Positions 63,659 to 64,000 of a stretch of 64,000 nucleotides of DNA are shown in pieces. The translations under genes were made by a program, and so were the position numbers. Position 1 is the first letter of the stretch, and each line of letters begins with the position of its first letter. This DNA is from Clostridia bacterium. GTDB lineage: Bacteria; Bacillota; Clostridia; Oscillospirales; CAG-272. Location: the NCBI GenBank assembly GCA_017444735.1, contig JAFSWB010000088.1, forward strand, positions 3,521 through 67,520. The letters run 5' to 3'. A model generated the notes under the pieces. That model saw nothing but the letters and a program-made list of their open reading frames with translations, made no database searches and was not told where the DNA came from.

Positions 63659-64000
63659 ATGATTCTTGAAGTCAGAAGCCTTAAAAAATCGTTCAGGGGA
63701 AAGAAAGTCCTACGCGACGTCTCGTTTTCCGCCGGGTCCGGCTCCGTTGTCGGTATCCTCGGCGAGAACGGAAGCGGCAAATCGACGCTCCTCTCGATCC
63801 TCGCGGGAGTCCTCGCGGCGGACGGAGGAACGTGTACGCTCGACGGCGAGGATATCCTCGGTGTGCGCTCCGCCGTCAGACGGAGCATCGGCTACGCTCC
63901 GCAGGGGACCCCTCTTCTCGAGGAGCTCACCGCCCGGGACAACCTGCTCCTCCACTACGACCGCGCGGAGATGGAAAAGGAGCTGAAGGACGGCGTGCTC
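63659..64000 (+). CDS. ABC transporter ATP-binding protein, 3' end outside window
   Basis: Hand translation gives MILEVRSLKKSFRGKKVLRDVSFSAGSGSVVGILGENGSGKSTLLS.... Walker A is present, and the frame stays open to the end of the window. It is absent from the ORF track because no stop is reached. Confidence 0.85.
   Translation, partial: MILEVRSLKKSFRGKKVLRDVSFSAGSGSVVGILGENGSGKSTLLSILAGVLAADGGTCTLDGEDILGVRSAVRRSIGYAPQGTPLLEELTARDNLLLHYDRAEMEKELKDGVL

Overview
This is a G+C-rich (roughly 60% by eye) chromosomal segment that looks like a spore-forming Clostridia-type Firmicute. Supporting signs are spoIIR, SLH-anchored wall proteins, canonical TTGACA/TATAAT promoters and GGAGG ribosome-binding sites. 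About 60 genes can be supported.

Content in order:
- recG, then rplJ-rplL with a readable promoter and an L10-leader attenuator, then rarA.
- A partial type IV pilus assembly block (pilD-pilM-pilN-pilO-like).
- A partner-switching block: a STAS protein, a STAS domain fused to an APH/protein-kinase-like domain, and a decayed GHKL anti-sigma-kinase remnant.
- A DUF218 membrane protein and a 5'-nucleotidase.
- A CobW/G3E GTPase pair and an HD hydrolase.
- A small low-G+C islet with a metzincin-like protease.
- Two divergent ~2.6 kb paralogous SLH-anchored metallophosphoesterase/LamG genes. They bracket spoIIR, pgk-tpiA, an acyltransferase, a GT2 synthase and a stand-alone tRNA-Thr(GGU).
- Glycan-utilisation genes: GH29, GH2 and GH4, and later GH95, DUF5107/TPR and Gfo/Idh/MocA oxidoreductases.
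- A YtrA-type GntR-ABC operon followed by four lipoprotein genes.
- A parC/gyrA-like gene, sua5, prfA, an M18 aminopeptidase and coaE.

The most unusual locus is 55.05-56.9 kb on the minus strand. It holds a free-standing reverse transcriptase with intact YSDD palm motifs, with no room for intron RNA domains and no retron or DGR hallmarks that I can see. Upstream of it lies a 163-nt non-coding spacer that folds into a multi-hairpin RNA closed by a long-range stem. Upstream of that is a 162-aa protein with an amphipathic N-terminus and a restriction-endonuclease-fold-like C-terminal domain. I regard this as the best candidate for an undescribed RT/ncRNA system.

All functional calls come from reading the translated ORFs and recalling motifs. 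No database search or folding program was available.
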